Assembly: GCA_050728975.1 (NCBI GenBank) | Contig: JBOHKJ010000020.1 | Location: forward strand, 1 to 40,010 | DNA from: Kiloniellales bacterium | GTDB lineage: Bacteria > Pseudomonadota > Alphaproteobacteria > Kiloniellales > JBOHKJ01 | Direction: 5' to 3' | DNA: 40,010 nucleotides | Shown here: positions 28,359 through 36,640 of the stretch, piece by piece | Numbering within the stretch: the stretch's first letter is position 1 | How the letters are laid out: every line of letters starts with the position of its first letter | Program-made: the position numbers and the translations under genes | Notes under the pieces: generated by a model | What the model saw: only the letters and a program-made list of their open reading frames with translations | Databases searched by the model: none | Told to the model about the DNA's origin: nothing

Positions 28359-29243
28359 TCAGTGCAGGCCCGCCGCATGGGCGTAGACCTTGAGATTGCG
28401 GCAGCCTAGCGTCGCGTAGTGGGCCGGCGGCGCCTTGACCGGATCCTGTTCGGCCTCGACCACCAGCCAGCCGCCGTAGCCTTCGAGCGCCGAAAGAATT
28501 GGCACGTAGTCGATATGGCCGTCGCCGGGCACGGTGAAAACCCCCTCGACCACGGCATCGAGGAAGCTGCCGCCCTCGGCCCTGAAGCGCTGCAGGACCT
28601 CGCGCCGCACGTCCTTGCAGTGGACATGGGCGATGCGCCCGGCATAGCGCTGCGCCAGCGCCAGCGGGTCGGCGCCGGCGAAGAGCGCGTGCCCGGTATC
28701 GAGCAGGAGCTGAACCGAGGGCCCGCTCGCCGCCATCAGGCGGTCGATCTCCTCCTCGGTCTCGACCACGGTTCCCATGTGATGATGGTAGGCGAGCGTG
28801 ACGCCCTCGGCGGCGACGTCGTCGGCGACCGCGGTGAGGCGGCGGCCGAACTCGGTCCACTGGCCATCCTTCAGCCTGGGCCGCTGGGCGAGCCCGACCT
28901 TCCGATTGCCGTGCACGGCGCCGGTGGTCTCGGCGAGGATCAGCACCTTCGAGCCGAGCGCCTTCAGCAACTCGAGATGCGGACGCAGCGCCTTCATCTC
29001 GGCTTCGGCGTCGCGCTCGAGCAGCGCCGAGGAGTACCAGCCCGAGACCAGATCGAGCCGATGGCGCGCCAGCACGGCCTTCAGCGCCTCGGCTTCGCGC
29101 GGAAACTTGTGTCCGAGCTCGATCCCCTCGAAGCCCGCGGCGTGTGCTTCGGCAAGGCAGGTATCGAGCGGCGTTGCGCCGCCCAGCATGCGCAGGTCGT
29201 CGTTCGACCAGGCGATGGGATTGGTGCCGAAGCGGACGCGCAA
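28359..29243 (-). CDS. iolE: Myo-inosose-2 dehydratase (xylose-isomerase-like TIM barrel)
   Basis: About 294 aa from TTG 29241-29243, giving (M)RVRFGTNPIAWSNDDL... with EAHAAGFEGIELGHKFP and LAYHHHMGTVVE. The start lies 6 nt after the iolD stop. The track ORF is over-extended. Confidence 0.9.
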   Translation of the reverse strand: MRVRFGTNPIAWSNDDLRMLGGATPLDTCLAEAHAAGFEGIELGHKFPREAEALKAVLARHRLDLVSGWYSSALLERDAEAEMKALRPHLELLKALGSKVLILAETTGAVHGNRKVGLAQRPRLKDGQWTEFGRRLTAVADDVAAEGVTLAYHHHMGTVVETEEEIDRLMAASGPSVQLLLDTGHALFAGADPLALAQRYAGRIAHVHCKDVRREVLQRFRAEGGSFLDAVVEGVFTVPGDGHIDYVPILSALEGYGGWLVVEAEQDPVKAPPAHYATLGCRNLKVYAHAAGLH

Positions 29244-29248
29244 GGGGG

Positions 29249-31096
29249 TCAGTCTCCCAAACGTTGATTGCCGCGCGCCTTCTCGTAGGCCTTGCGCGCC
29301 TGGCGAACCTGCGCGCGCTCGGAGACTTCCGGCACGGCGACATCCCACCAGTGGCCGCCGGCCCCGGTGGTTGCGAGCGGGTCGGTGTCGATGACGATCA
29401 CGCTGGTCCGCTCGGCGTCGCGCGCGCGGGCGACCGCCGCTTCGAGCGCCGTCAGGCTCTCGACCTTCTCGGCGAGCGCGCCGAGCGCCTCGGCGTGTTT
29501 GGCGAAATCGATTGCCGGCAGGGCTTCGTGGCGCGTGTGCTCGAAGAGATTGTTGAAGCTCTCGCCGCCGGTGGCGCGCTGCAGGCGGTCGATGCAGGCG
29601 AAGCCGCGGTTGTCGAGCACCACGATGGTGAGCTTCAAGCCCAGCAGGATCGAGGTCGCGATCTCCGAGTTCATCATCAGGTAGGAGCCGTCGCCGACCA
29701 TGACGATCACCTCGCGCGTCGGCTCGGCCAGCTTGACGCCGAGACCGCCTGCGATCTCGTAGCCCATGCAGGAATAGCCGTACTCCAGGTGATAGCTGCC
29801 GGGCACGCTCGCCTGCCACAGCTTGTGCAGCTCGCCGGGCAGGCCGCCGGCGGCGCAGACCACGGTCGCCTTGTCGCTCGCCGCGCGCTGCACCGCGCCG
29901 ATCGCCTGGGCGTCCGAGGGCAGCGGCACGTTGCTCGGCGCGGTCGCGCTTGCGATGGCCTGCTGCCAGCCTGTGCGCGCTTCGCGCGCCTTCGCGCTCC
30001 AGTCCTTCGGCGTCCGCCAGTCGACGAGCCGCTCGGCCAGCGCGTCCAGGCCGGCGCGTGCGTCGGCCACCAGCGGCAGCGCGTGTCGCTTCCCGGCGTC
30101 GAAGGGCTGGACATTGAGCGCGACGAGACGGCGCGTGGGATTCTTGAACAGGGCCCAGGAGCCGGTAGTGAAATCCTGGAGGCGCGTGCCGACCGCGAGC
30201 ACGACGTCGGCCTTCTCCGCCAGCGCATTGGCGGCGCTGCCGCCGGTAACGCCGATCGAGCCGAGGTTGAGCGGATGGTCGTGCGGCAGCGCCGACTTGC
30301 CGGCCTGGGTCTCGGCGACCGGAATGCCGTGCCGCTCGGCGAAGGCGGCGAGCGCGTCGCAAGCGTCGGCGTAATGCACGCCGCCGCCGGCCACGATAAG
30401 CGGCGCCTTGGCGCCCTTGAGCGTCGCCGCCGCCAGCATCAGTTCCCCTTCGTCGGGACGCGGGCGCCGCGCTTGCCAGAGTCGCGACTCGAAGAAGCTT
30501 TCCGGATAGTCGAAGGCTTCGGTCTGCACATCCTGGCACAGCGCCAGCGTCACCGGGCCGCAGGCAGCGGGATCGGTGAGCACCGAAAGCGCGCGCGGCA
30601 GCGCGGTCAGCAGCTGCTCGGGCCGCGCGATGCGGTCAAAATAGCTAGAAACCGGACGGAAGCAGTCGTTGGCGGAAACGGTGCCGTCGCCGAAGTCCTC
30701 GACCTGCTGCAACACCGGATCGGGGCGGCGGCCGGCGAAGACGTCGCCGGGCAGGAACAGCACCGGCAGGCGGTTGACGTGGGCGAGCGCGGCGGCGGTC
30801 ACCATGTTGGTGGCGCCGGGCCCGATCGAGCTGGTGCAGGCCATCATGCGGCGGCGGCGCGAGGCCTTGGCGAAGGCGATAGCGGCGAGTGCCATCGCCT
30901 GCTCGTTGTGGGCGCGGTAGGTCGGCAGCGTGTCGCGCGCCTGCCACAGCGCCTCGCCCAGGCCGGCCACGTTGCCGTGGCCGAAGATCGCCCAGACGCC
31001 GGCGAAGATCGGCTGCTCGCGGTCGCGATAGAGCGTGCGCTGCGCCGTCAGGTAGCGCACCAGGGCTTGGGCCATCGTCAGACGGATCGTTCCCAT
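29249..31096 (-). CDS. iolD: 3D-(3,5/4)-trihydroxycyclohexane-1,2-dione acylhydrolase (decyclizing), TPP-dependent
   Basis: 615 aa. It begins MGTIRLTMAQALVRYL...FAGVWAIFGHGNVAGLGEAL, and has the TPP motif MVGDGSYLMMNSEI. Confidence 0.95.
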   Translation of the reverse strand: MGTIRLTMAQALVRYLTAQRTLYRDREQPIFAGVWAIFGHGNVAGLGEALWQARDTLPTYRAHNEQAMALAAIAFAKASRRRRMMACTSSIGPGATNMVTAAALAHVNRLPVLFLPGDVFAGRRPDPVLQQVEDFGDGTVSANDCFRPVSSYFDRIARPEQLLTALPRALSVLTDPAACGPVTLALCQDVQTEAFDYPESFFESRLWQARRPRPDEGELMLAAATLKGAKAPLIVAGGGVHYADACDALAAFAERHGIPVAETQAGKSALPHDHPLNLGSIGVTGGSAANALAEKADVVLAVGTRLQDFTTGSWALFKNPTRRLVALNVQPFDAGKRHALPLVADARAGLDALAERLVDWRTPKDWSAKAREARTGWQQAIASATAPSNVPLPSDAQAIGAVQRAASDKATVVCAAGGLPGELHKLWQASVPGSYHLEYGYSCMGYEIAGGLGVKLAEPTREVIVMVGDGSYLMMNSEIATSILLGLKLTIVVLDNRGFACIDRLQRATGGESFNNLFEHTRHEALPAIDFAKHAEALGALAEKVESLTALEAAVARARDAERTSVIVIDTDPLATTGAGGHWWDVAVPEVSERAQVRQARKAYEKARGNQRLGD

Positions 31097-31138
31097 CCCT
31101 CGTCTCCCCGGGGCTTCTCCGGCCGCGGCTGCTCGCGC

Positions 31139-33055
31139 TCACTCGGCCGCGCGGCTGGCGGCGGCGGCGTCCCAGGCTGCGGCGAGGCGGGCGAAGCGCT
31201 CGGCGAGCTCGGCCACCGCCTGCTCGTCGCTCATCCGGCCGGCCAGCCAGGTCTCGGCGGTCTTGGCGAAGAGCGTGCGCCCGACGGCGAAGCCTCGCAC
31301 GAAACGCGTCTGCGCCGCGACCGCAAAGGAGGAGGCGAGATCCTCCTCGGTCGCTTCGAGGCCGAGCAGCACCACGCCACGGCAGAGCGGATCGTGCTCG
31401 GCGATGGCCGCGTCGATCGCCTGCCAGGCCGCAGCGCGCGGTTGCGGCTCGAGCTTCCACCAGTCGGGCTTCAGGCCGAGCGCGTAAAGGTGCGACAAGA
31501 TCGCCGCCACCGTCCCGTCGCCGAGGGCGCCGTGCTTGCTGGCGATGATCTCCAGCAGATACTCGCGGCCGAGGCGGCGGCAGGTCTGGTGGACCTGGAG
31601 CAGCCGCGCTTCCTGGGTCGCTTTCAGCTCCGGCGGATCGTCCGGATGGTAGAAGCAGAGGCACTTCACCGTGTGATTGCGCGGCCATTCGACCAGCGCG
31701 GCGCCCAGATCCTCGCCGGTTTCGAAGACGAGCGGACGCGAGCCCGGCCGCTCGATCGGCCGGCCGATCCAGAGCTCCTGCTCGTTGGCGTCGAACAGCG
31801 CGGCGCGGCCGTGACCTCCGTCGAGCAGGATGCCGAAGCCGGGGCGTCCTTGGGCGACGGCCGCCGTCGCTTTCACGGCGAGGCGCTTGAAGTCGGCGAT
31901 GCGCTCGACGCCGGCGCCGGCACGCTCGGCGAGATCTTCCAGCTGGCTGCGATGGTCGATCGCGAAGGCGCGCAGGCACGGCCAGTCGCCCTCGCGGGTG
32001 GTCGCCCAGTGAAGATGGGCGAGCGCTTCGTCGTTGCGCAGCGCGGGTGTGGCGGCGCCCTGCTTCAGGAAGTGCCGCAGCTCGGCCCAGGTCGCGTACT
32101 CGGGCGAGCAGAGCAGGCGCGAAACCGCGATGGCGCCGCAGGCGTTGGCCCAGGTGGCGCAGGTCTCGAGCTTTTCGCCCTTCAGCCAGCCGCGCAGGAA
32201 CCCGGCCATGAAGGCGTCCCCGGCGCCCAGCACGTTGTAGACCTCGACCGGGAAGCCGGGGCCGGCGATGCCGTCGTCGATGCGTTCGGGGATCGGGCCG
32301 GGAAAGATCGTGCAACCCATCGGGCCGCGCTTCAGCACCAGCGTCGCCTTGCTGCGCGCGCGAATCGCCGCCAGCGCGTCGAGCGCCGTCTCCTTGCCGC
32401 CGGCGATGCAGATTTCCTCCTCGGTGCCGACGATGAGATCGGCAAGCGGGAGGATCTCCCGATACTTGGCGGTGACCGGTTTCGAAGCGACGAAGCGCGC
32501 GAAGCCGGCCGCGTGTCCGGCGAGACCCCAGAGGCTCGGCCGGTAGTCGATGTCGAAGACCACCTTGCGACCGGCCCGGCGGGCGATGTCGATCGCCTTC
32601 TTCTGTGCCGCTGCCGTGGTCTCGCGCGAGAAGTGGGTGCCGGTCACGACGACGGCGCCGGCGGATGCGATCAAGCCTTCGTCGATCTCCTCCGGCGTCA
32701 GCGCCATGTCGGCACAGTTCTCGCGGTAGAAGATCGTCGGGAACTGCCGGTCGTCGCGCACGCCGAGCAGCACCAGCGCGGTCAGGCGCTCGGGGTCGGT
32801 GACGATGCCGCGGATCTCGACGCCTTCGCGCTTCAGCTGCTTCAGCAGGAAGCGACCCATCTGCTCGTCGCCGACCCGCGTCACGAGCCCGGCCTTGAGC
32901 CCGAGGCGAGCGCAGCCGACGGCGATGTTCGCCGGGCAGCCGCCGACCGCCTTGGCGAAGCTTGCGACGTCCTCGAGCCGGCAGCCGATCTGCTGCCCGT
33001 AGAGGTCGACCGAGGAGCGGCCGATCGCGATGACGTCGAGGCTGGGAGCCTTCAT
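31139..33055 (-). CDS. iolC: Bifunctional 5-dehydro-2-deoxygluconokinase (PfkB) fused to a DUF2090/aldolase-like C-terminal domain
   Basis: 638 aa. The N-terminal PfkB ribokinase-like domain has DVIAIGRSSVDLYG and GAGDAFMAGFL. The C-terminal half of about 300 aa (CLCFYHPDDP...LLEIIASKHG) matches the long rhizobial IolC architecture. Confidence 0.9.
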   Translation of the reverse strand: MKAPSLDVIAIGRSSVDLYGQQIGCRLEDVASFAKAVGGCPANIAVGCARLGLKAGLVTRVGDEQMGRFLLKQLKREGVEIRGIVTDPERLTALVLLGVRDDRQFPTIFYRENCADMALTPEEIDEGLIASAGAVVVTGTHFSRETTAAAQKKAIDIARRAGRKVVFDIDYRPSLWGLAGHAAGFARFVASKPVTAKYREILPLADLIVGTEEEICIAGGKETALDALAAIRARSKATLVLKRGPMGCTIFPGPIPERIDDGIAGPGFPVEVYNVLGAGDAFMAGFLRGWLKGEKLETCATWANACGAIAVSRLLCSPEYATWAELRHFLKQGAATPALRNDEALAHLHWATTREGDWPCLRAFAIDHRSQLEDLAERAGAGVERIADFKRLAVKATAAVAQGRPGFGILLDGGHGRAALFDANEQELWIGRPIERPGSRPLVFETGEDLGAALVEWPRNHTVKCLCFYHPDDPPELKATQEARLLQVHQTCRRLGREYLLEIIASKHGALGDGTVAAILSHLYALGLKPDWWKLEPQPRAAAWQAIDAAIAEHDPLCRGVVLLGLEATEEDLASSFAVAAQTRFVRGFAVGRTLFAKTAETWLAGRMSDEQAVAELAERFARLAAAWDAAAASRAAE

Positions 33056-33092
33056 GGGAAGACGGCGGGCCGCTGTGGGCGATGGAGTGAGT

Positions 33093-33113
33093 GAAACATT
33101 CGTTCTATGTTTC
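33093..33113. promoter_or_regulatory. Perfect inverted repeat GAAACAT-N7-ATGTTTC, 38-58 bp upstream of the iolC start
   Basis: Read directly. It lies in the AT-richer part of the 368-bp divergent iolC/ABC-transporter intergenic region. Confidence 0.4.
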
Positions 33114-33301
33114 CGTCAACGAAGAGCATTCATTCGCGGTTACTCGCGGCGACGCAGCAGGCTACCGCCCGCCAGATCGCGGAGTTGCCCGAAATCCCGG
33201 GGCGGGGTTACCGTCAAGCGTCTGCCGGCAACTTCTGCTGGTCGAGGCTTACCGACGCTCTCCCCTTCGGCTATCGAAAGACCTTGACAGGTGGTCTCGA
33301 C

Positions 33302-33321
33302 GTTAGAATAAATTTTCTAAC
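33302..33321. promoter_or_regulatory. Perfect inverted repeat GTTAGAA-N6-TTCTAAC upstream of the ABC transporter operon
   Basis: Read directly. The core AGAA-N6-TTCT resembles the GGAA-N6-TTCC IolR box reported for Sinorhizobium meliloti, as I recall it. Confidence 0.4.
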
Positions 33322-33329
33322 TCAGAAAA

Positions 33330-33353
33330 AATACAGTCCGTTTGTTCTGTATT
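33330..33353. promoter_or_regulatory. Perfect inverted repeat AATACAG-N10-CTGTATT upstream of the ABC transporter operon
   Basis: Read directly. It lies 8 bp downstream of the previous palindrome and about 70 bp upstream of the SBP start. Confidence 0.35.
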
Positions 33354-33423
33354 GCAAGCGCAGACTGTCTTAGCGGGCCGCCGCCCAAGGGCTAGGCGGC
33401 CGAAACCAGGGAGGAGTAAGACT

Positions 33424-34365
33424 ATGACCTTGTTCGCAGTTCTCCGGCGCGCCGCCGTGGCGGCCGGGCTGGTCCTGACCGCCGCCGGCGCACAGGCCCA
33501 GGACGTCAAGCTGATCGTGGTGAGCCACGGCCAGGCCAGCGATCCCTTCTGGTCGGTGGTCAAGAACGGCGTCAGTCAGGCGGCCGCCGACATGCAGGTG
33601 GCGGTCGACTACCGGGCGCCGGAGACCTTCGACATGGTGGCGATGGCGCAGTTGATCGACGCCGCCGTCAATCAGGAGCCCGATGGGCTGGTCGTCTCGA
33701 TCCCCGACGCCGACGCGCTCGGCCCCTCGATCGAGCGGGCGGTCGCCGCCGGCATACCGGTCATCTCGATGAACTCCGGCTCCGATGTCTCCAAATCGCT
33801 CGGCGCGCTGCTCCACGTCGGACAGGAGGAGTTCGATGCCGGCAAGGCGGCCGGCGAGAAGCTCACCGAGCTCGGCGGCACCAACGGTCTCTGCGTCAAT
33901 CACGAAGTCGGCAACGTGGCCCTCGACCTGCGCTGCAAAGGCTTCGACGAGGGCTTCGAAGGGCCGGTCAAGGTTCTGCCGGTTACGATGGAGCCCTCGG
34001 AGATCCGCGCCAAGGTCAAGGCCGCGCTCTCCAGCGACGACTCGATCGATGCGGTGCTGGCCCTCGGTGCGGCGACCGCCGGCGAAGCCTCGCTCGCTGC
34101 GCTCGAAGAGCTGGGCAAGGTCGAGAGCGTCAAGCTCGGAACCTTCGACATGTCGGCCAATTTCCTGAAAGCGATTGCCGACGGCAAGGCGGCCTTCGCC
34201 ATCGACCAGCAGCAATACCTCCAAGGCTATCTGCCGGTCGTGTTCCTGACCTTGAACGCCCGCTACGGACTGATTCCCGGCGGCAACGTGCCCTCGGGCC
34301 CGAATCTGATCACCCAGGAGAAGGCCGCCCAGGTCGTCGAGCTGAGCGCCAAGGGCATCCGCTAA
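33424..34365 (+). CDS. Sugar/inositol ABC transporter periplasmic substrate-binding protein (RbsB/FrcB-like)
   Basis: 313 aa from ATG 33424, with GGGAGGAG upstream. It has the signal peptide MTLFAVLRRAAVAAGLVLTAAGAQA, then a periplasmic binding protein type I fold (KLIVVSHGQASDPFW...GIPVISMNSG...). Confidence 0.9.
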   Translation: MTLFAVLRRAAVAAGLVLTAAGAQAQDVKLIVVSHGQASDPFWSVVKNGVSQAAADMQVAVDYRAPETFDMVAMAQLIDAAVNQEPDGLVVSIPDADALGPSIERAVAAGIPVISMNSGSDVSKSLGALLHVGQEEFDAGKAAGEKLTELGGTNGLCVNHEVGNVALDLRCKGFDEGFEGPVKVLPVTMEPSEIRAKVKAALSSDDSIDAVLALGAATAGEASLAALEELGKVESVKLGTFDMSANFLKAIADGKAAFAIDQQQYLQGYLPVVFLTLNARYGLIPGGNVPSGPNLITQEKAAQVVELSAKGIR

Positions 34366-34444
34366 ATACAGCCGGAAACGACGGCGGCTGGGACGAGCGA
34401 TCGTCCCGGCCGCCGCGTCACTTCGCCGTCGGAAGGGGGATTCC

Positions 34445-35551
34445 ATGAACGGCAGCAGCGTTGCCGCTCAGGACGAGCGACTGAAGAAAGCGCCCTTCGT
34501 CACCCGGCTGATGCGCCGCCCCGAGCTGGGGGCCTTCGCCGGATTGATCCTGATCGTCATCTTCTTTTCCTTCGCCGCCAACGAAGCGATGTTCTCGCTC
34601 GCCGGCATCATGAACTTCATGTCGCCGGCAGCCCAGCTCGGCATCCTGGCCATCGGCGCCGCGCTCTTGATGATCGGCGGCGAGTTCGATCTGTCCGTCG
34701 GGTCGATGGTTGCCTTCGCGGGGCTGGTGTTCGGCGCCGCGCTGACGGTCGGCAATCTGTCGCCGGTGGCGGCGATTGCGCTCACCTTGGTCGCCGCCGC
34801 CGTTTTCGGCGTGGTGAACGGCCAGATCGTGCTCAGGACCGGACTGCCGTCCTTCATCGTCACCTTGGCGTTCCTCTTCATCCTGCGCGGGATCACGCTG
34901 GTCGGTCTCAAGTGGGCGACCGGCGGATCGACGCAATTGCGCGGCGTCAAGGAGCTGATCGAGGGCGACCCGATCGCCGGCCTGTTCCACGGCGTCGCCT
35001 TCTCGGGCTTCTTCTCCTGGATGGCCCGCCAGGGTTGGACCGAGACGTTTCAGAATGGGCAACCGAGGGTCACCGGGGTTCCTGTCGAGGTGCTCTGGTT
35101 CATTGCGGTTGCGGCAATCGCCACCTGGGTGCTGTTGCGCACCCGCACCGGCAATTGGATCTTCGCCAGCGGCGGCGACGCCAACGCGGCGCGCAATTCG
35201 GGCGTGCCGGTCAACCGGGTCAAGACCGGTCTTTTCGTCACCACCGCCTGCTGCGCCGCGCTGGTGGCGATCCTGACGGTGATGGACGCCGGCTCGACCG
35301 ACGCCCGGCGCGGGTTCCAGAAGGAGTTCGAGGCGATCATCGCCGCGGTGATCGGCGGCTGTCTGCTCACCGGCGGTTACGGCTCGGCGATCGGCGCCTT
35401 CTTCGGCGCCACCATCTTCGGCATGGTGGCGATCGGCCTCACCTACACCACCATCGACCAGGATTGGTACCTGGTGTTCCTCGGCATGATGTTGCTGGCG
35501 GCGGTGCTGTTCAACAACGTGATCCGCCGTCGCGTGACGGGGGAGCGCTGA
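34445..35551 (+). CDS. Sugar ABC transporter permease (RbsC/FrcC-like)
   Basis: 368 aa polytopic protein. It contains [26 protein letters not shown], and [18 protein letters not shown], the conserved cytoplasmic loop of CUT2 permeases. Confidence 0.9.
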   Translation: MNGSSVAAQDERLKKAPFVTRLMRRPELGAFAGLILIVIFFSFAANEAMFSLAGIMNFMSPAAQLGILAIGAALLMIGGEFDLSVGSMVAFAGLVFGAALTVGNLSPVAAIALTLVAAAVFGVVNGQIVLRTGLPSFIVTLAFLFILRGITLVGLKWATGGSTQLRGVKELIEGDPIAGLFHGVAFSGFFSWMARQGWTETFQNGQPRVTGVPVEVLWFIAVAAIATWVLLRTRTGNWIFASGGDANAARNSGVPVNRVKTGLFVTTACCAALVAILTVMDAGSTDARRGFQKEFEAIIAAVIGGCLLTGGYGSAIGAFFGATIFGMVAIGLTYTTIDQDWYLVFLGMMLLAAVLFNNVIRRRVTGER

Positions 35552-35552
35552 G

Positions 35553-36332
35553 ATGGCGATGCCCTCGATCGAGGTTCGGAATCTGGAGAAGCACTTCGGC
35601 TCGGTGATCGCGCTGGCCGGCGTCAGCATGGATGTCGAGCCCGGCGAGGTCATGTGCCTGCTGGGCGACAACGGTGCCGGCAAGTCGACGCTGATCAAGA
35701 CCCTGTCGGGCGTTCACAAGCCGACCAAGGGCGAGATCAGGGTCGATGGCAGGGCGGTCGCGTTCGCCAGCCCGCGCGCCGCGCTCGATGCCGGCATCGC
35801 CACGGTCTATCAGGACCTGGCGATGATTCCGCTGATGTCGATCACGCGCAACTTCTTCATGGGGCGCGAGCCCTCGAAGGGCTGGTGGCCGCTGCGCTGG
35901 CTCGACATGGACTACGCGGACCGGGTGGCGCGCGAGGAGATGCATCGCATCGGCATCGACGTTCGTGACCCCGGCCAGGCGGTCGGCACGCTCTCCGGCG
36001 GCGAGCGCCAATGCGTTGCCATCGCGCGGGCGGTGTTCTTCGGTGCCAAGGTGCTGATCCTCGACGAGCCGACCTCGGCGCTTGGCGTGCGCCAGACCTC
36101 GATGGTGCTGAAGTATATCAACCAGGTCCGCCAGAAGGGCCTGGCGGTGGTCTTCATCACCCACAACGTGCGTCACGCCTATGCGGTGGGCGATCGCTTC
36201 ACGGTGCTCAATCGCGGCCGCACGCTCGGCCTCTCGACCAAGGCCGAGATTTCGATGGAGGAGTTGCAGAACCTGATGGCCGGCGGCCAGGAGCTGCAGG
36301 AGCTCTCGGCCGAGCTGGGCGGGACGGTGTGA
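35553..36332 (+). CDS. Sugar ABC transporter ATP-binding protein with a single nucleotide-binding domain (FrcA-like)
   Basis: 259 aa. It has Walker [10 protein letters not shown], the Q-loop VYQD, the signature LSGGERQ and Walker [11 protein letters not shown]. Confidence 0.93.
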   Translation: MAMPSIEVRNLEKHFGSVIALAGVSMDVEPGEVMCLLGDNGAGKSTLIKTLSGVHKPTKGEIRVDGRAVAFASPRAALDAGIATVYQDLAMIPLMSITRNFFMGREPSKGWWPLRWLDMDYADRVAREEMHRIGIDVRDPGQAVGTLSGGERQCVAIARAVFFGAKVLILDEPTSALGVRQTSMVLKYINQVRQKGLAVVFITHNVRHAYAVGDRFTVLNRGRTLGLSTKAEISMEELQNLMAGGQELQELSAELGGTV

Positions 36333-36338
36333 CGGCGG

Positions 36339-36488
36339 TCAGGCGGTGGTGCGGGCGATCTCCGGAATCTGCCAGCGGCCGATACCGATGTCGTCCAGCT
36401 CGCGCTGGCTGAGGGTATCGAGGGCGCGCAGCGTCCGGCGGTAGCGGCGCCAGCGGGCGAAGCGGGCAGACAGGGCGGCGAAGCGCAT
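36339..36488 (-). CDS. DUF1127 domain small protein (49 aa), not present in the ORF track
   Basis: Hand translation gives MRFAALSARFARWRRYRRTLRALDTLSQRELDDIGIGRWQIPEIARTTA, followed by a stop codon. It starts at ATG 36486-36488 with GGAGAA 6 nt upstream. It matches the DUF1127 pattern (W..R.......L..LSDRELxDIGIxRxxI). Confidence 0.75.
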   Translation of the reverse strand: MRFAALSARFARWRRYRRTLRALDTLSQRELDDIGIGRWQIPEIARTTA

Positions 36489-36520
36489 AGCTTTTCTCCG
36501 TAATTCAAGCAGTTGCCGCT

Positions 36521-36539
36521 ATATTGCAGTGCAACATAT
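36521..36539. promoter_or_regulatory. Imperfect AT-rich palindrome ATATTGCA-G-TGCAACATAT between the DUF1127 gene and the dehydrogenase gene
   Basis: Read directly. The core TTGCA-G-TGCAA is perfect and the flanks match in 3 of 4 positions. It sits in the AT-richest part of the divergent region. Confidence 0.3.
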
Positions 36540-36640
36540 CCTGCTCATAAGATATGAAGGCTTCGTTGTTGCGGCAGGGCCGCGAAGGCACGGCCGTCAT
36601 GCGGGCGCCGCATGGCTCGGCTGGCGGGGGAGCGTCAAAG

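Noticed and set aside
27532-30539. Over-long track ORFs (603 aa and 726 aa) suggesting fused iolB/iolE/iolD proteins
   Set aside because: The upstream parts are Arg-rich read-through overlapping the neighbouring genes in other frames. The family-typical sequences begin at MANLLVKP (iolB) and at the TTG giving MRVRFGTNPIAW (iolE).
29144-33094. 1316-aa plus-strand ORF, the longest in the track
   Set aside because: It lies entirely antisense to iolD and iolC, which have unmistakable family motifs. Its translation is Arg/Ala/Gly/Pro-rich low-complexity sequence with no recognisable domain. This is a typical stop-free antisense frame in high-GC DNA.
34418-35698. 426-aa minus-strand ORF opposite the ABC permease
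   Set aside because: It is antisense to a clear polytopic permease and its composition is dominated by Gly, Asp, Arg and His.
36179-36508. 109-aa minus-strand ORF in the track
   Set aside because: It overlaps the 3-prime end of the ABC ATPase gene, has no RBS and is Ser/Pro/Ala-rich. A different frame on the same strand gives the well-formed 49-aa DUF1127 ORF with an RBS.
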